Position numbers and translations under genes: made by a program. Below the pieces are notes generated by a model that was given only the letters and a program-made list of their open reading frames with translations, searched no databases and was not told the DNA's origin. From an uncultured bacterium (GTDB lineage Bacteria; Krumholzibacteriota; Krumholzibacteriia; JACNKJ01), in assembly GCA_963695095.1 (NCBI GenBank), contig CAVOFT010000001.1:352001-416000 (forward strand): DNA of 64,000 bases, read 5' to 3'. This document shows, in pieces, positions 37,604-49,100 of this stretch (position 1 is its first letter; every line of letters starts with the position of its first letter).

Positions 37604-38796
37604 CGCCCCGCGTAGAATCCTGGGTAGAGCGCGTAGAAGAGGATCGCGCGCAGCATGTGCTCCTCGCTGACGCGGTCCGCCGGCGAGTGCGTGTACTCCT
37701 CCTCCGCCGGGCCGAAGCCGAGGGTCGGGATGCCCGCGATGCCGGCCGTGTAGACCCCGTTCGTCGAGAAAGTCCAGCGCCCCGCCTCGGCGGCCTGCCC
37801 GAGCGCCGCGCCCGCGGCGGCCATGCCGGCCGCGAAGGCGGGATGCGCCTCGTCGAGCACCCAGCTCGGGTAGTACTTCTCCATCTCGACGTGCTTGCCC
37901 GTCCAGCCCTCGGCGCGGTGCACGAGCGTCTCCACCTCGGCGGGCACGCCGGCCTCGGCCACCACGGCCTCGATCTCGGCCAGCGCGCTCTCCTTGCTCT
38001 CGCCCGCCGTCAGCCGGCGATCGATGAAGATGGTGCAGCGGTCGGGCACGGCGTTGAGGCTCGGCCCGCTGCCCTCGATGCGCGTCACCGCCAGCGAGCC
38101 GCGGCCGAGGAAGGGATCCTGCGTGAGCTGCTCGTTCAAAGCGGCGATGCCGCGCACGATCTTGGTCATGCCGTAGATGGCGTTCACGCCCCGCTCGGGC
38201 GCACTCGCGTGGCAGCTCGCCCCGCGCACGGTCACGGAGATCTCCATGCGCCCGCGATGGCCGCGGTAGACCTTCAGGCCCGTGCACTCGGCGAGAATGG
38301 CGAGTTCGGGCTTGAGGCCGTCCTCGCCCAGGATGGTCTTGAAGGCGATGCCGTCGCAGTCCTCCTCCATCGCGCTGCCCACCACGGCCAGCGAGAAGCC
38401 GCGCGGGAGCACCTCCTTGGCCAGCGCCGCGCCGAAGAGGATGGCCGCCAGGCCGCCCTTGTTGTCGCTGGCGCCGCGGCCCCAGATCCAGCCGTCGGCC
38501 TGCTTGCCGAGGTAGGGGTCGTGCGGCCAGGCCGCCGGGTCGCCCACGCCCACGGTGTCGATGTGGGCGTCGTAGAGCAGGGTGCGCCCGCCCTCGCCGA
38601 TGCGGCCCACCACGGAGCCGAAGCTGTCGATGGACACCTCGTCGAAACCGCGCTGCACCATCTCGCGGGCCACGCGCCGCGCCACGGCCTCTTCCTTGCC
38701 GCTGGGGGAGGGGATGGCCACGATCTCGCGCAGGAAGTGCAGGGCCTCGGGCAGGATGTCGCGGGCGCGCTTCTCCATGAGATCGCGGGCGGTCAT
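37600..38796 (-). CDS. YgeY-type M20 metallohydrolase
   Basis: DAHIDTVG.G, GRGASD.KGG, EEDCDG, YRGHRGR.E, SCH.SAPERG.NAI, W.FSTNG. Confidence 0.88.
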   Translation of the reverse strand: MTARDLMEKRARDILPEALHFLREIVAIPSPSGKEEAVARRVAREMVQRGFDEVSIDSFGSVVGRIGEGGRTLLYDAHIDTVGVGDPAAWPHDPYLGKQADGWIWGRGASDNKGGLAAILFGAALAKEVLPRGFSLAVVGSAMEEDCDGIAFKTILGEDGLKPELAILAECTGLKVYRGHRGRMEISVTVRGASCHASAPERGVNAIYGMTKIVRGIAALNEQLTQDPFLGRGSLAVTRIEGSGPSLNAVPDRCTIFIDRRLTAGESKESALAEIEAVVAEAGVPAEVETLVHRAEGWTGKHVEMEKYYPSWVLDEAHPAFAAGMAAAGAALGQAAEAGRWTFSTNGVYTAGIAGIPTLGFGPAEEEYTHSPADRVSEEHMLRAILFYALYPGFYAGR

Positions 38797-39875
38797 CGCC
38801 CACCTCCCATCAGGGCGGCGGGCAGCGGATCCTCGATGATCAGCCAGCCCGACTGGTAGCGGTCCAGCTCGGCCACCGTGCGCGCGTCCATGGGATGCTC
38901 GCGCTCGGGGACTTCCACGTGCTTCTCGGCGCCGCAGAGCGGCGTGGTGAAGTAGCGCTGGCCCGTGTCGTTGATCATGGTGACGATGCGCGTGAGCTCG
39001 GGCCGCCGCGCGTGCAGCTTGAGCGCCGCGGCCACGTTGGCCCCCGAGGAGATGCCGCAGAAGATGCCCTCCTCGCGCGCCAGGCGCTGGGCGACGGCGA
39101 TGGCCTCGGCCGTGCTCACCGTGATCACGCCGTCCAGGTGCGCGAGGTGCAGGTTCTCCGGCACGAAGCCGTCGCCGATGCCCTCGATGCCGTGCGGGCC
39201 CCACTCGCGCCGCGCGAGCAGCGGACATTCGGCCGGCTCGATGGCGTAGAACTCGCCTTCGCCGCCCCGCTCCTTGAAGTAACGCGCCACGCCGCTGATC
39301 GTGCCTCCCGTGCCCTGCGTGGCCACGAAGGCGCCGAGGGCCCCGCCCGTCTGTTCCCAGAGCTCGGGCGCCGTGCCCGCCGCGTGGGCGGCCACGTTCT
39401 CCGGGTTCGTGAACTGGGCCGGCACCCAGTAGCGGCCGGGGTCCTTCGCGCGGATCTCCTCCAGCTTTTCCAGGGCGAGATCCACGTCGCTCTCGCCACC
39501 CGGCGTGTAGACCATGCGGCTGCCGTAGGCGATGTCCAGCTTCTTGCGCTCCTCGCTCATCCCCTCCGGCATCACGATGATGCAGGGGTAGCCCAGCGCC
39601 GCGGCCACGAAGCTGCAGGCGATGCCGGCGTTGCCGGTGGAGCACTCGAGCACGGTCATGCCGGGCTTCAGCTGCCCGGCGGCCTCGGCCTCCCGGAACA
39701 TGCGCAGGTAGATGCGGTCTTTCAGGCTGCCCGAGGGGCTGAAGTACTCCAGCTTGCCCAGGAGCCCGAGGCCCGTGCCGGCCGTAAGACGCGTCAGACG
39801 AACCAGGGGCGTGCGGCCGATGGTGTCGAAGATGTGCTCGGCGATGCGCGCATTGCGCCCCCAGTCGATGCCCAT
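38793..39875 (-). CDS. Cysteine synthase-family PLP enzyme
   Basis: IG.TPLV, PSGSLKDR, STGNAG, GTGGT..G, IEGIG, GISSGAN, D.GQRY. Confidence 0.88.
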   Translation of the reverse strand: MGIDWGRNARIAEHIFDTIGRTPLVRLTRLTAGTGLGLLGKLEYFSPSGSLKDRIYLRMFREAEAAGQLKPGMTVLECSTGNAGIACSFVAAALGYPCIIVMPEGMSEERKKLDIAYGSRMVYTPGGESDVDLALEKLEEIRAKDPGRYWVPAQFTNPENVAAHAAGTAPELWEQTGGALGAFVATQGTGGTISGVARYFKERGGEGEFYAIEPAECPLLARREWGPHGIEGIGDGFVPENLHLAHLDGVITVSTAEAIAVAQRLAREEGIFCGISSGANVAAALKLHARRPELTRIVTMINDTGQRYFTTPLCGAEKHVEVPEREHPMDARTVAELDRYQSGWLIIEDPLPAALMGGGR

Positions 39876-40114
39876 GACCCCTCCTTAATAAGCCGCCGGC
39901 CGCGGACGACCGGCGGAACCCTGCAGGGTAGCCCGGCGGGGGCCGGGCCGCAAGGCCGCTCCGGCGGCCGGAAGAATGCCCGCTCCCCCTGGAACTCGGC
40001 CCGCCATTTGGGTATAGTCTCGCTTCGTGCCGCGGCCGCCCGCCGGTCGCGCGCCCAACTCCAATCCGCAAGCCAGGCCGCTCGGCAACCGCGAAACGGC
40101 GAGGTGATTTCGGC

Positions 40115-41095
40115 ATGATCGAAGTGCGTGAGGTTTCCAAACGCTTCGGCAGCACGCTGGCCCTGGACGGGGTCTCCCTGCGCGTCGAGCGAGGATCGGT
40201 GCTCGGCTTCCTCGGGCCCAACGGCGCGGGCAAGAGCACGGCGATGAAGATCATCACCACCTTCCTGGCGCCGGACGCCGGGACGGTGACCGTGGACGGC
40301 CTCGACGTGCGTGAGCAGCCCCTGGCCGTGCGCCGCAAGATCGGCTACCAGCCCGAGAACGTGCCGCTCTACCCGGACATGCGTGTGCACGAGTACCTGG
40401 AGTTCGTGGGGCGCTCGCGCGGGCTCTCCGGCGCGACGCTTGCTGCCCGCCTCAAGTGGGTGCGCGAGGCCTGCGGCATCACCCGCGTCTACAAGCAGAC
40501 CATCAACGAGCTGTCCAAGGGTTTCCGCCAGCGCACGGGCCTGGCCCAGGCCCTGGTGCACGACCCGGAGATCCTCATCCTCGACGAGCCGACCACGGGG
40601 CTGGACCCCCTGCAGATCATCGGCATCCGCGAGCTGATCCAGGAGCTGGGCCGCAGCAAGACGATCATCTTCAGCACGCACATCCTGCAGGAGGTGGCGC
40701 CGGTCACGGACCACGTCGTCATCATCAACCAGGGGCGGGTGATCGCCGACGGTCGCATCCCCGAGCTGCAGCGGCGCGCCATGGGCAGCAACCGGCTCCT
40801 GCTCGGCTTCGAGGCCGTGCCCGAGGATCTCAAGTCCGCCCTCGGCGCGCTGGCTGGCTTCCAGGCGCTGCTGCCCATCGGCGAGCAGGCGCCCGGCCGC
40901 TTCGAGCTGCGCGGGGATTTCGCCAGCGATCTGGCCGGGGGCGTGGCGGCCCTCGCGCGGGACCGCGGCTGGCACCTGCGCGAGCTGACCGAGAGCCCCT
41001 TCAGCCTGGAGGACACCTTCATCGCCCTGACCAAGCAGGCCGGCGGCTCCGAGGACATGCACCTGCCCGGCGGCGGAAAGGAGCTGCGCGCATGA
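40115..41095 (+). CDS. ABC transporter ATP-binding protein (GldA-like)
   Basis: GPNGAGKST, LSKGFRQR, ILDEPT.GLDP, STH. Confidence 0.93.
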   Translation: MIEVREVSKRFGSTLALDGVSLRVERGSVLGFLGPNGAGKSTAMKIITTFLAPDAGTVTVDGLDVREQPLAVRRKIGYQPENVPLYPDMRVHEYLEFVGRSRGLSGATLAARLKWVREACGITRVYKQTINELSKGFRQRTGLAQALVHDPEILILDEPTTGLDPLQIIGIRELIQELGRSKTIIFSTHILQEVAPVTDHVVIINQGRVIADGRIPELQRRAMGSNRLLLGFEAVPEDLKSALGALAGFQALLPIGEQAPGRFELRGDFASDLAGGVAALARDRGWHLRELTESPFSLEDTFIALTKQAGGSEDMHLPGGGKELRA

Positions 41096-41856
41096 ACGCG
41101 AAGCTGACCGAGGCGCCGCGCTTCGACTTCAACGGCGGCTTCACCATCTTCCGCCGCGAGCTGGCGTCCTACTTCAACAGCCCGATCGCCTACATCTTCA
41201 TCATCGTCTTCCTGGTGCTGACGGCGGGGCTCTACATGACGCCCTTCTTCCTGCAGGGCCAGGCCGACATGCGCGGCTTCTTCGGCAACCTGCCGCTCTT
41301 CCTCATCTTCTTCATGCCGGCGATCAGCATGCGCCTCTGGGCGGAGGACAGGCGCTCGGGCACCTTCGAGCTGCTGATGACCCTGCCCCTGCGCGCCGCC
41401 GACGTCATGCTCGGCAAGTACTTCGCGGCCCTGGCCTTCTACCTGATCGCCCTGGCCGGCACGCTGCCGATTCCCATCATGCTCGGCATCCTGGGCAACC
41501 CGGACGGCGGCGCCGTCATGGGCGGCTACCTGGCTGCGCTGCTGCTCGGCGCGCTCTACCTGGCCGTGGGCATCTTCGTCAGCGGGTTGGTGCGCGATCA
41601 GATCACGGCCTTCATCCTGGGCATGATCGCCTGCTTCTTCCTCTACCTGGTGGGGCTGGATCCCGTGGCCGCCACCGTGGACGGCTGGGTGAACGGCCTC
41701 GGCTCCTTCTTCCAGGGGGCCTTCGGGCTCATCGGCCACTACGAGTCCATGCAGCGCGGGGTGGTGCTGCTGGCCGATCTCGCCTACTTCGTCACGCTTT
41801 CGGCGGTCTTCCTGCTGCTGAACGTCTACTGGCTGGAAGGGAGGAAGCACGGATGA
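41092..41856 (+). CDS. ABC transporter permease (GldF-like)
   Basis: REL..YF.SP.AY, P.ISMR.WAE..R.GT.ELL.T.P, LGKY. Confidence 0.9.
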   Translation: MNAKLTEAPRFDFNGGFTIFRRELASYFNSPIAYIFIIVFLVLTAGLYMTPFFLQGQADMRGFFGNLPLFLIFFMPAISMRLWAEDRRSGTFELLMTLPLRAADVMLGKYFAALAFYLIALAGTLPIPIMLGILGNPDGGAVMGGYLAALLLGALYLAVGIFVSGLVRDQITAFILGMIACFFLYLVGLDPVAATVDGWVNGLGSFFQGAFGLIGHYESMQRGVVLLADLAYFVTLSAVFLLLNVYWLEGRKHG

Positions 41857-43574
41857 AGCGCCTGAACTTCCGTCTGGGCTTCGGGGTGGTCGCCTTGCTC
41901 CTGCTCGGGGTGGCGCTGGCCCTCAACAGCCTGCTCGGCGACCTGCGCGGCTCGCGCCTGGATCTCACCGAGGACAAGCTCTTCACGCTCTCCACGGCGG
42001 GCCAGAAGGTGCTGGGCGGCCTCGCCGTGCCGGTGCAGGTGAAGTACTACGTCACCCGCGTGGACAAGATGCCCACCGGGCTCAAGACCCTCGAGCGCGA
42101 CGTCGCCGACAAGCTGCGCGACTACGCCGACGCCTCCGACGGCATGCTGCAGTTCAGCGTGCACGACCCCAGCGACGACGAGGAGCTGCAGGAGCTGCTG
42201 CGCGGCAAGGGCGTGCGGCCCTTCCAGGTGCAGTCCGTGGACAAGGACGAGATCGGGGTGAAGCTCATCTACTCGGCGATGACCCTGGCCTACAAGGACA
42301 AGGCCGAGGAGGTGCTGCCGCAGGTGCTGCCGCAGAGCCTGCCCACCCTGGAGTACGAGCTGCTCAGCCGCGTCTACCGGCTCACGCAGGAGCGGCGGCC
42401 GGTGGTGGCGCTCTTCGCGCCCAAGCCCCAGCTCGACCCGCAGATGGCGGCCATGTACATGCAAATGGGCATGCAGATGCCGGAGATGCCCGACACCTGG
42501 GAGAGCGTGCAGCAGTTGCTCGGCGAGGAGCACTACGATGTGCGCCGCATCGACCTCACCCGGGATTCGCCCATTCCCGAGGACGCCGACGCCCTGCTTG
42601 TGCTCGGCCCCGAGAACCTGAGCCCCCGCCAGGCCTGGGAGGTGGGCCGCGCCCTGCACCGGGGCGTGGGCACCGTCATCGCCGTGCAGAACCACGTCTA
42701 CGACTACCAGCCCGATCCGCGCGGGGGCTTCCGCATCAGCGCCCAGCAGCGGACCTCGGGGCTGGAGGAGCTGCTGAAGGAGTACGGCCTGGCCGTGCGC
42801 CAGGAGATGCTCTTCGACATGGAGAGCGAGGTGATCTCCATCCCCCGCACGCAGAACGTGATGGGCCTGCGCCTGCAGACCGCCGAGCCCGTGCGCGCGC
42901 CCATGCAGATCGCCGTGCGCGGCGAGCAGATCAGCCGCGAGATCGAGATGACCAATCGCATCGAGTCGCTCTTCTACCTGTGGGGCACGGACCTGGCCAA
43001 GGATCCCGCGAAGCTGGCGGGCCTCAACCTGGGTTGCCGCACGCTCTTCGCCAGCAGCCAGAACTCCTGGCACAAGGCCTTCAGCAACCAGCCGCTGGTG
43101 CAGGCCGACGTGACGGCGAAGGACAAGAAGCTCGAACCCGCCCTGCCGCTGGCCTTCCTCGTCGACGGCCAGTTCCCGCCGCCGGCGGGCGCGCGGCCGG
43201 CCTGGCCCGCCGTGAGCGACAGCGCCGCCGCGGTCGAGCCGCCGGCCCCGCTCGCGCCGGCGCCCGCGCAGCTCGTGCTCACCGGCTGCGGCAAGCTCTT
43301 CGAGGATCCCTTCATCCAGGCCGGGCAGAACGCCATGCTGCTGCTCAATGCCGTCGACGCCCTTGCCCTCGAGGGCGACCTCATCGGCATCCGCTCGAAG
43401 CTGATCACCGCGCGCAGCATCAAGCCCCTGGCGGCGGGCCAGAAGCTGGCCTACCGCATCTTCACCGTGGGCCTGGTGCCCCTGCTCTTCGCGCTCTACG
43501 GCATCCTGCGCCTGGTCATGCGCCGCAAGGACGCGACGGCCTACCAGGCCAGCCTGGCCGCCAAGGCCCGCTAG
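41853..43574 (+). CDS. GldG-like ABC auxiliary component
   Basis: RLDLT..K.FTLS, EYEL...., N...LLNAVD.L, IRSK, C-terminal TM. Confidence 0.87.
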   Translation: MKRLNFRLGFGVVALLLLGVALALNSLLGDLRGSRLDLTEDKLFTLSTAGQKVLGGLAVPVQVKYYVTRVDKMPTGLKTLERDVADKLRDYADASDGMLQFSVHDPSDDEELQELLRGKGVRPFQVQSVDKDEIGVKLIYSAMTLAYKDKAEEVLPQVLPQSLPTLEYELLSRVYRLTQERRPVVALFAPKPQLDPQMAAMYMQMGMQMPEMPDTWESVQQLLGEEHYDVRRIDLTRDSPIPEDADALLVLGPENLSPRQAWEVGRALHRGVGTVIAVQNHVYDYQPDPRGGFRISAQQRTSGLEELLKEYGLAVRQEMLFDMESEVISIPRTQNVMGLRLQTAEPVRAPMQIAVRGEQISREIEMTNRIESLFYLWGTDLAKDPAKLAGLNLGCRTLFASSQNSWHKAFSNQPLVQADVTAKDKKLEPALPLAFLVDGQFPPPAGARPAWPAVSDSAAAVEPPAPLAPAPAQLVLTGCGKLFEDPFIQAGQNAMLLLNAVDALALEGDLIGIRSKLITARSIKPLAAGQKLAYRIFTVGLVPLLFALYGILRLVMRRKDATAYQASLAAKAR

Positions 43575-43583
43575 GAGGCATCG

Positions 43584-44573
43584 ATGAAGACGCGCTCGCT
43601 GTTCATTCTCGCCGCGGTGCTGCTCGTGCTGGTCGGACTCAAGTTCGTGCAGCGCAGCAGCCACGAGTCCAAGCTGTCCGAGAGCAGCTTCACGGAGCTC
43701 TTTCCCATGGTCGCCACCGGCGAGATCGGCCGGCTCGTCATCGACGGCCCGGGCGCGGGCAGCATCGAGCTCGTGCGCAGCGGCACGGCCTGGCGCGTGG
43801 AGACGAGCCACGGCCACCCGGCCGCCGACGACAAGCTGGAGCGCCTGCTCGGCGAGCTCGTCGGGCTCAAGGGCGAGTTCCGCTCCGATCGCGAATCGGT
43901 GCTGGCCGACTATGCCCTCGACGACAAGCGCGCCGTGCACCTGACCGCCTTCGACCTCAGCGGCAAGGAGCTGGGGCACCTGCTGCTCGGCGAGCGCCTG
44001 AGCGGCGCCGCCGGCTTCTTCGCGATGAAGGCGGGCGAGAAGAGGGCCTACGCGGCCAGCGGCAACCTGCTCGGCGACCTCGGCATCTGGGGGGACAGTC
44101 GCGATCCTGCCGCCAAGAGCTTCCTCGATCTGAAGGCCTTCAGCGTGGACCGCCAGCAGGTGGATGCCATCGTGCTCGCCAGCGGCAGCAAGACCCTCGA
44201 GCTGAGCAAGGCCTTCGCGGCGCCGGCAGCCGACACGCTGGCCGTGGACCGCGGCACGTACCGCTGGCTGGCCGGCGGCAAGGAGCTCGACCGGGCCAAG
44301 ACGGACGGCGTGCTCGGCGCCCTGGCCAGCGTCCAGGCCCAGAACGTGCTCGACCCGGCGGCGGACTACGGCTTCGCCGCTACCGGGCGCGCGGTGGAGC
44401 TGCGCCTCGCCGACGGCAGCAGGCAGCGCCTCGAATTCGGCGAGGCCCTGAGCGCGCCCGAGGCCGGCATCGCCCTGCGCGTCAGCGGGGACGATGCCGT
44501 CTACCTCGTCTACGACAAGCTGCCCGAGCGCATCTTCAAGACGCGGGATGAGCTGCTGCCGGACAGAAAGTAG
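43584..44573 (+). CDS. DUF4340-like periplasmic protein
   Basis: N-terminal TM; two repeats of W.......AD...+..LL..L; typical fourth gene of GldA/F/G-like operons. Confidence 0.75.
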   Translation: MKTRSLFILAAVLLVLVGLKFVQRSSHESKLSESSFTELFPMVATGEIGRLVIDGPGAGSIELVRSGTAWRVETSHGHPAADDKLERLLGELVGLKGEFRSDRESVLADYALDDKRAVHLTAFDLSGKELGHLLLGERLSGAAGFFAMKAGEKRAYAASGNLLGDLGIWGDSRDPAAKSFLDLKAFSVDRQQVDAIVLASGSKTLELSKAFAAPAADTLAVDRGTYRWLAGGKELDRAKTDGVLGALASVQAQNVLDPAADYGFAATGRAVELRLADGSRQRLEFGEALSAPEAGIALRVSGDDAVYLVYDKLPERIFKTRDELLPDRK

Positions 44574-44593
44574 CGATCCGCTCCCGAGGACCC

Positions 44594-45334
44594 TCAGCCC
44601 CGCAGGAGCTGCACGGCGGCGATCAAGGCCGCGGCGACGATGAGCCCGCGCACCCAGGCGGCGCCCTTCAGCATGACCAGGCGCGCGCCGACGATGCCGC
44701 CGGCCATCGTGCCCACGGCCAGCAGCAGGCCGACCATCCAGCGCACCTGCCCGAAGCCGGCGAAGAGCAGCAGCGCTGCCGCCGTGAAGCTGAGCGCCAG
44801 CGAGAACTTGAGCGCGTTGCCGCTCACCACGTCGAAGCCCGCGGCGAGAACGAAGGTGCTGATCATCAGCACGCCCGCGCCGGCCTGCAGAAAGCCCCCG
44901 TAGACCCCGATCAGGAAGAAGAGCGGCAGCAGGGCCGCCCGCACCCGCGGCTCGCCGGCCGGGCGCTCCCAGCGCTTGGGCTTGATCACCACCGACAGGG
45001 CCATCACCAGCATGAGCACGGCCGCCACGGGACGAAACAGCGCCTCCGGCGCGCGCGCCGCAAGCCAGGCGCCGAGCAGCGAGCCCGGCACCGCGACCAT
45101 GGCCACGCGCGGCAGATGCCGCCAGGGCCGCACGCCCGCCCGGTGGTAGGTGCTCACGCCGGCCACGCATTGCAGGGTGATGGCCACGCGGTTGGTGGCG
45201 TTGGCGATCTGGGGCGGCAGGCCGAGGGCCAGGAGCAGGGGCAGGGTGACGAAGGAGCCGCCGCCGGAGGCGGCGTTGATGATCCCGCAGAGAAACCCGC
45301 CCGCCAGGAGCGCGGGCCAGAGCAGGACATCCAC
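44594..45334 (-). CDS. TauE/SafE (TSUP) family exporter
   Basis: G..NA.SGGG..+.LP.L...GLPP..ANATN, G.YGGF..AG.G. Confidence 0.88.
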   Translation of the reverse strand: MDVLLWPALLAGGFLCGIINAASGGGSFVTLPLLLALGLPPQIANATNRVAITLQCVAGVSTYHRAGVRPWRHLPRVAMVAVPGSLLGAWLAARAPEALFRPVAAVLMLVMALSVVIKPKRWERPAGEPRVRAALLPLFFLIGVYGGFLQAGAGVLMISTFVLAAGFDVVSGNALKFSLALSFTAAALLLFAGFGQVRWMVGLLLAVGTMAGGIVGARLVMLKGAAWVRGLIVAAALIAAVQLLRG

Positions 45335-45489
45335 CTCGGCCTCCTCGTGATGAGGCCGCAAGGAAGCCCAGGCGGGCAGGCCTGTCAAGCGGATCTGCTT
45401 TCCCGGCCCGCAGCTCAGCGCAGCCTCCGGGGTTTTCTTCTGGGCGCGGATGCGCTATGGATGGGATTCCCGCCAGCGAGAGGAATCCC

Positions 45490-46176
45490 GTGGAAATCCG
45501 CCATGCCACCCTCGCGGACTGCGCCGAGGCCACCGGGGCCCTGGTGGCCATCGACGTCCTGCGCGCCTTCACCACCGCGGCCTACGCCTTCGCCGCCGGC
45601 GCCGAGCGCATCGTGCTGGTCGGCGAGATCGACGAGGCCTTCCGCCAGCGCGCCGCCCTGCCCGATGCCCTGATCATGGGCGAGAAGAACGGCCTGCGCG
45701 TGCCCGGCTTCGACTTCGGCAACTCGCCCTCGGAGTTGCGCAGCCTGGACCTGTCGGGACACACGCTCATCCAGCGCACGAGCGCGGGCACCCAGGGCCT
45801 GGTGCGCGCGCGCAAGGCGGGGCCGCTGCTGGCCGCGGGCCTCTGCAACGCGCGCGCCACGGTCGAGTACCTGACGACCCACGTGCGGGGCGCGGTCACG
45901 CTCGTGGCCACGGGCGTGCTGCCCGGCGAGGATGGCGACGAGGACATCGCCTGCGCCGAGCTGCTCGCCGCCACCCTGCGCGGGCGCACGATCGAGCTGC
46001 CGCCCCTGCTGGAGCGGGTGCGCGTCTCGACCTGGGGCCTGAACTTCACCGATCCCGCCCACCCCGAATTCCCGCTCGCGGATCTCGAGCTGGCCCTGCA
46101 GGTGGACCGCTTCACCTTCGCCATGCCCGTGCACCGCGAGGGCGATCAGCTCGTCATGCGCGCCGAGCGCATCTAG
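45490..46176 (+). CDS. 2-phosphosulfolactate phosphatase (ComB family)
   Basis: IDVLRAFTT, GE..G....GFD.GNSP, T..GT, NA.A, ED..CA. Confidence 0.9.
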   Translation: MEIRHATLADCAEATGALVAIDVLRAFTTAAYAFAAGAERIVLVGEIDEAFRQRAALPDALIMGEKNGLRVPGFDFGNSPSELRSLDLSGHTLIQRTSAGTQGLVRARKAGPLLAAGLCNARATVEYLTTHVRGAVTLVATGVLPGEDGDEDIACAELLAATLRGRTIELPPLLERVRVSTWGLNFTDPAHPEFPLADLELALQVDRFTFAMPVHREGDQLVMRAERI

Positions 46177-46188
46177 GCCGGCGGCGCT

Positions 46189-49100
46189 TCAGGGCTCCGG
46201 CGCGTCCCAGATGCGCAGGGTGCCGTCGCGCGAGGTCGAGATGAGATAGGCGTCGCGGGGGCTGAAGACCAGCGAGGTCACGCGCGCCACATGGCCGCGC
46301 AGGCCCACGACCTCGCGCAGCGTCTCCGCATCGAGCAGACGGACCACGCCGTCCAGCCCGCCGACGGCCAGGCGGCGGCCGTCGCGGCTCCAGGCCACCG
46401 CGCCTGCTCGCGCACGGCCGGCCTGCCAGCTTGCGATCGGGCTGCCGGCCGCCGCATCCCAGATGAGGAGTCCGCCGTCCGCGTCGGTGGAGGCCAGCCG
46501 GCGGCCATCCGGAGCGAAGCAGAGGTCCTGCACGGTGCCGCGATGCCCGACGAGCGCGCGGGCGACGCCTCGCTGCCAGTCCCAGAGCCGGAGGCTGCTG
46601 TCCGCGCCGCAGGAGGCGAGCGTGGCGCCGTCCGGCGAGAATTCCAGGTCGAAGATTGCGCCGCGGTGGCCGCTGAGCAGGCGCGCGGGACCGGCCGACG
46701 CAGCCGGCGCGGCGAGATCCCAGAGGCGGATCAGCGAGTCGGCGGCGCCGGTGGCCAGCCAGCGGCCGGCCGGATGCGGAGCCAGGGCGGTGATGGGGCC
46801 CGCCTGCCCGGCCAGGGCGTCGAGGGCAGCCCACCCCTCGGTGCCCACGCTGTAGACCTGGCCGCCGACGCTGCCCACCAGGAGCCGGCGGCCATCGGCG
46901 GCGAAGGCCACGCGCTCGCTCTGCCCGATCGGGAGTTCGCAGGGAGGCCGCTTCGCCCTCCGGCGGCAGCGGCGCGACCAGGATTCCGGACTGGTTGAAG
47001 GCGCAGGCCAGCCAGCGGCCCGCCGGGTCGACGGCGGCGTGGTGCACCTGGGGCACCATCGTGGAGATGCCCGGGGCGCGAAGCACCTGCACATCGGCGG
47101 CGGCGGCGCTCCAGAGCTTGAGCGTGCCGCTCCAGTCGGCGCTGGCCAGTCGCCGGCCGTCGGGACTTGCCGCCAGGGCCGAGACGTCGGCGGCGTGCCC
47201 GCGCAGCTCGGCGCGCACTTGCCCGCCCCGTGCCGCCCAGACCAGGAAGCGTCCGTCCGGCCCGCAGGAGAGGACGCGCTCGCCGTCCGGCGTGAAGGCG
47301 AGGTTGGCCACGGTCCCCCGGTGCTCCTGGAAGCTCGTCAGGAGCGCGCCGCCGTCGATGTCGTGGACGGCGGCGCTGCCGTCCATGGAGCCGGAGGCGA
47401 GCAGGCGGCCGTCGCCGCTGATCGCCAGGGAGTAGACCCGCCGCGTGTGGGGCCGGAGGGACCGCAGCAGGCGCCCCGTGCGCGGATCCCAGAGCTTGAG
47501 CTCGCCGTCGCCGCCGCCCGTGGCGAGCAGATCGCCCCGCGGCGACCAGGCGACGATGCCGAAGGCGTCGTGGGCTTGCCACCGTGCGATCAGGGCGCGG
47601 CTGGCGGCGTCCCAGATGCGCAGGGCGCCGTCGCGATGCGCTGCGGCGACGAAGCGACCGTCGGGGCTCAGGGCGACCATCGCCCAGGAGCCGCCCTCGT
47701 GCAGCAGGACGGGCGCCGCCTCCCCCCCGCGATCGAGCAGGAGCACGCGGCCGTCGCCGAGGCCGGCCACCAGGCGGCCGCCGTCCGGCGCCGCCGCGGC
47801 GCTCTCCACGCTCGCGCCCAGGGGCCCCCAGCGGCGCCGCAGGGTGCCGGTCGTCGCGCCTCCCACTCCTTGATCGAGCCGTCGATGGCGGCCGTGAAGA
47901 GCGCGGCGCCCTCCGGCGCGAAGAACACCCGCGTGACGCCCTGCTCGTGGGCCGCCACGCTCTGCAGGCTGCGGTCGCAGCGGGCCTGCAGATGCCGCCA
48001 CTCCCAGCCGCGCAAGGCTGCCGGCGCCACCGCGAGACGGGCCTGGGCCTCGCTGACCTCGTTCTCCCGGATCGCCGCTTCCGCCGCGGCGAGCGAACCC
48101 GTGTAGGCGAGCCATTCGGCCTCGCGCGTCTGCTGGGCGGCGCGGCGATTGGCGCCCAGGCTCACGACGAGCGCAGCCATGAGCACGAGCAGGGTGCCGG
48201 CCGCGGCGATCGAGAGCGTCCGGTGGCGGCGCAGGAACTTGCCGGCGCGATAGCCGAGGCGATCGGGGGCGGCGAGCACGGGCAGGCCGTCGAGGTGGCG
48301 GCGGATGTCGGCGGCCAGCGCGTCGACGGAGGCATAGCGCCGCTCGGGCTCCTTGCGCAGGGCCTTGAGCACGATGGTATCCAGGTCGCCGTCCAGCGCG
48401 TGGGCCAGGCGCGCGGGCGTGAGCCCGCGACCGGCGGCCGGCGCGAGCGCGCCGCGCGCAGCCGCGCGGCTGGGCCGCGTGGGCTCCGTCTCGCAGATGA
48501 CCCGGGCCGCCTCGGGCGTGAGCTGGGCGGGCAGCGCGTAGGGCCGGGCGCCCGCGAGCAGCTCGTAGAGCAGCACGCCGAGGCTGTAGATGTCCGTCGC
48601 CGTGGTCACGCGCCGGCCGAGCACCTGCTCGGGGCTGGCGTAGCGCGGGGTGAGCGCCGGCAGGACAGTGTGCTCGCCCTCGGCAGCGCCCTCGCTCGCC
48701 AGCACCTTGGCGATGCCGAAGTCGAGCAGCTTCACCTGCCCCGCGCGGTCGACGAGGATGTTGCTCGGCTTGAGGTCGCGGTGGATGACCAGGTTGCGAT
48801 GCGCGTACTGCACGGCCGTGCAGACCGAGAGGAAGAGCTGCAGCCGGGCGGCCACGCCCAGGCGCGCCTCGTCGGCGTGGCGGTCGATGGGCAGGCCGTC
48901 GATGTACTCCATCACCAGGTAGGGCCGGCCGTCGGCGGCGCTGCCGCCGTCCAGCAGCCGCGCGATGTGCGGGTGCTCGAGGTCGGCCAGCACCTGCCGC
49001 TCGCGGCGGAAGCGCTCGCCGATTTCCGCGCCGTCCAGCCAGGGCCGGATGAGCTTGACCGCCACCTGCTTGCGGAACTCGGCGTCTCCGCGCTCGCCGC

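Noticed and set aside
40115..44573. Gliding motility system
   Set aside because: GldA/F/G-like ABC operons are widespread in non-gliding bacteria; no gldKLMN or spr genes here.
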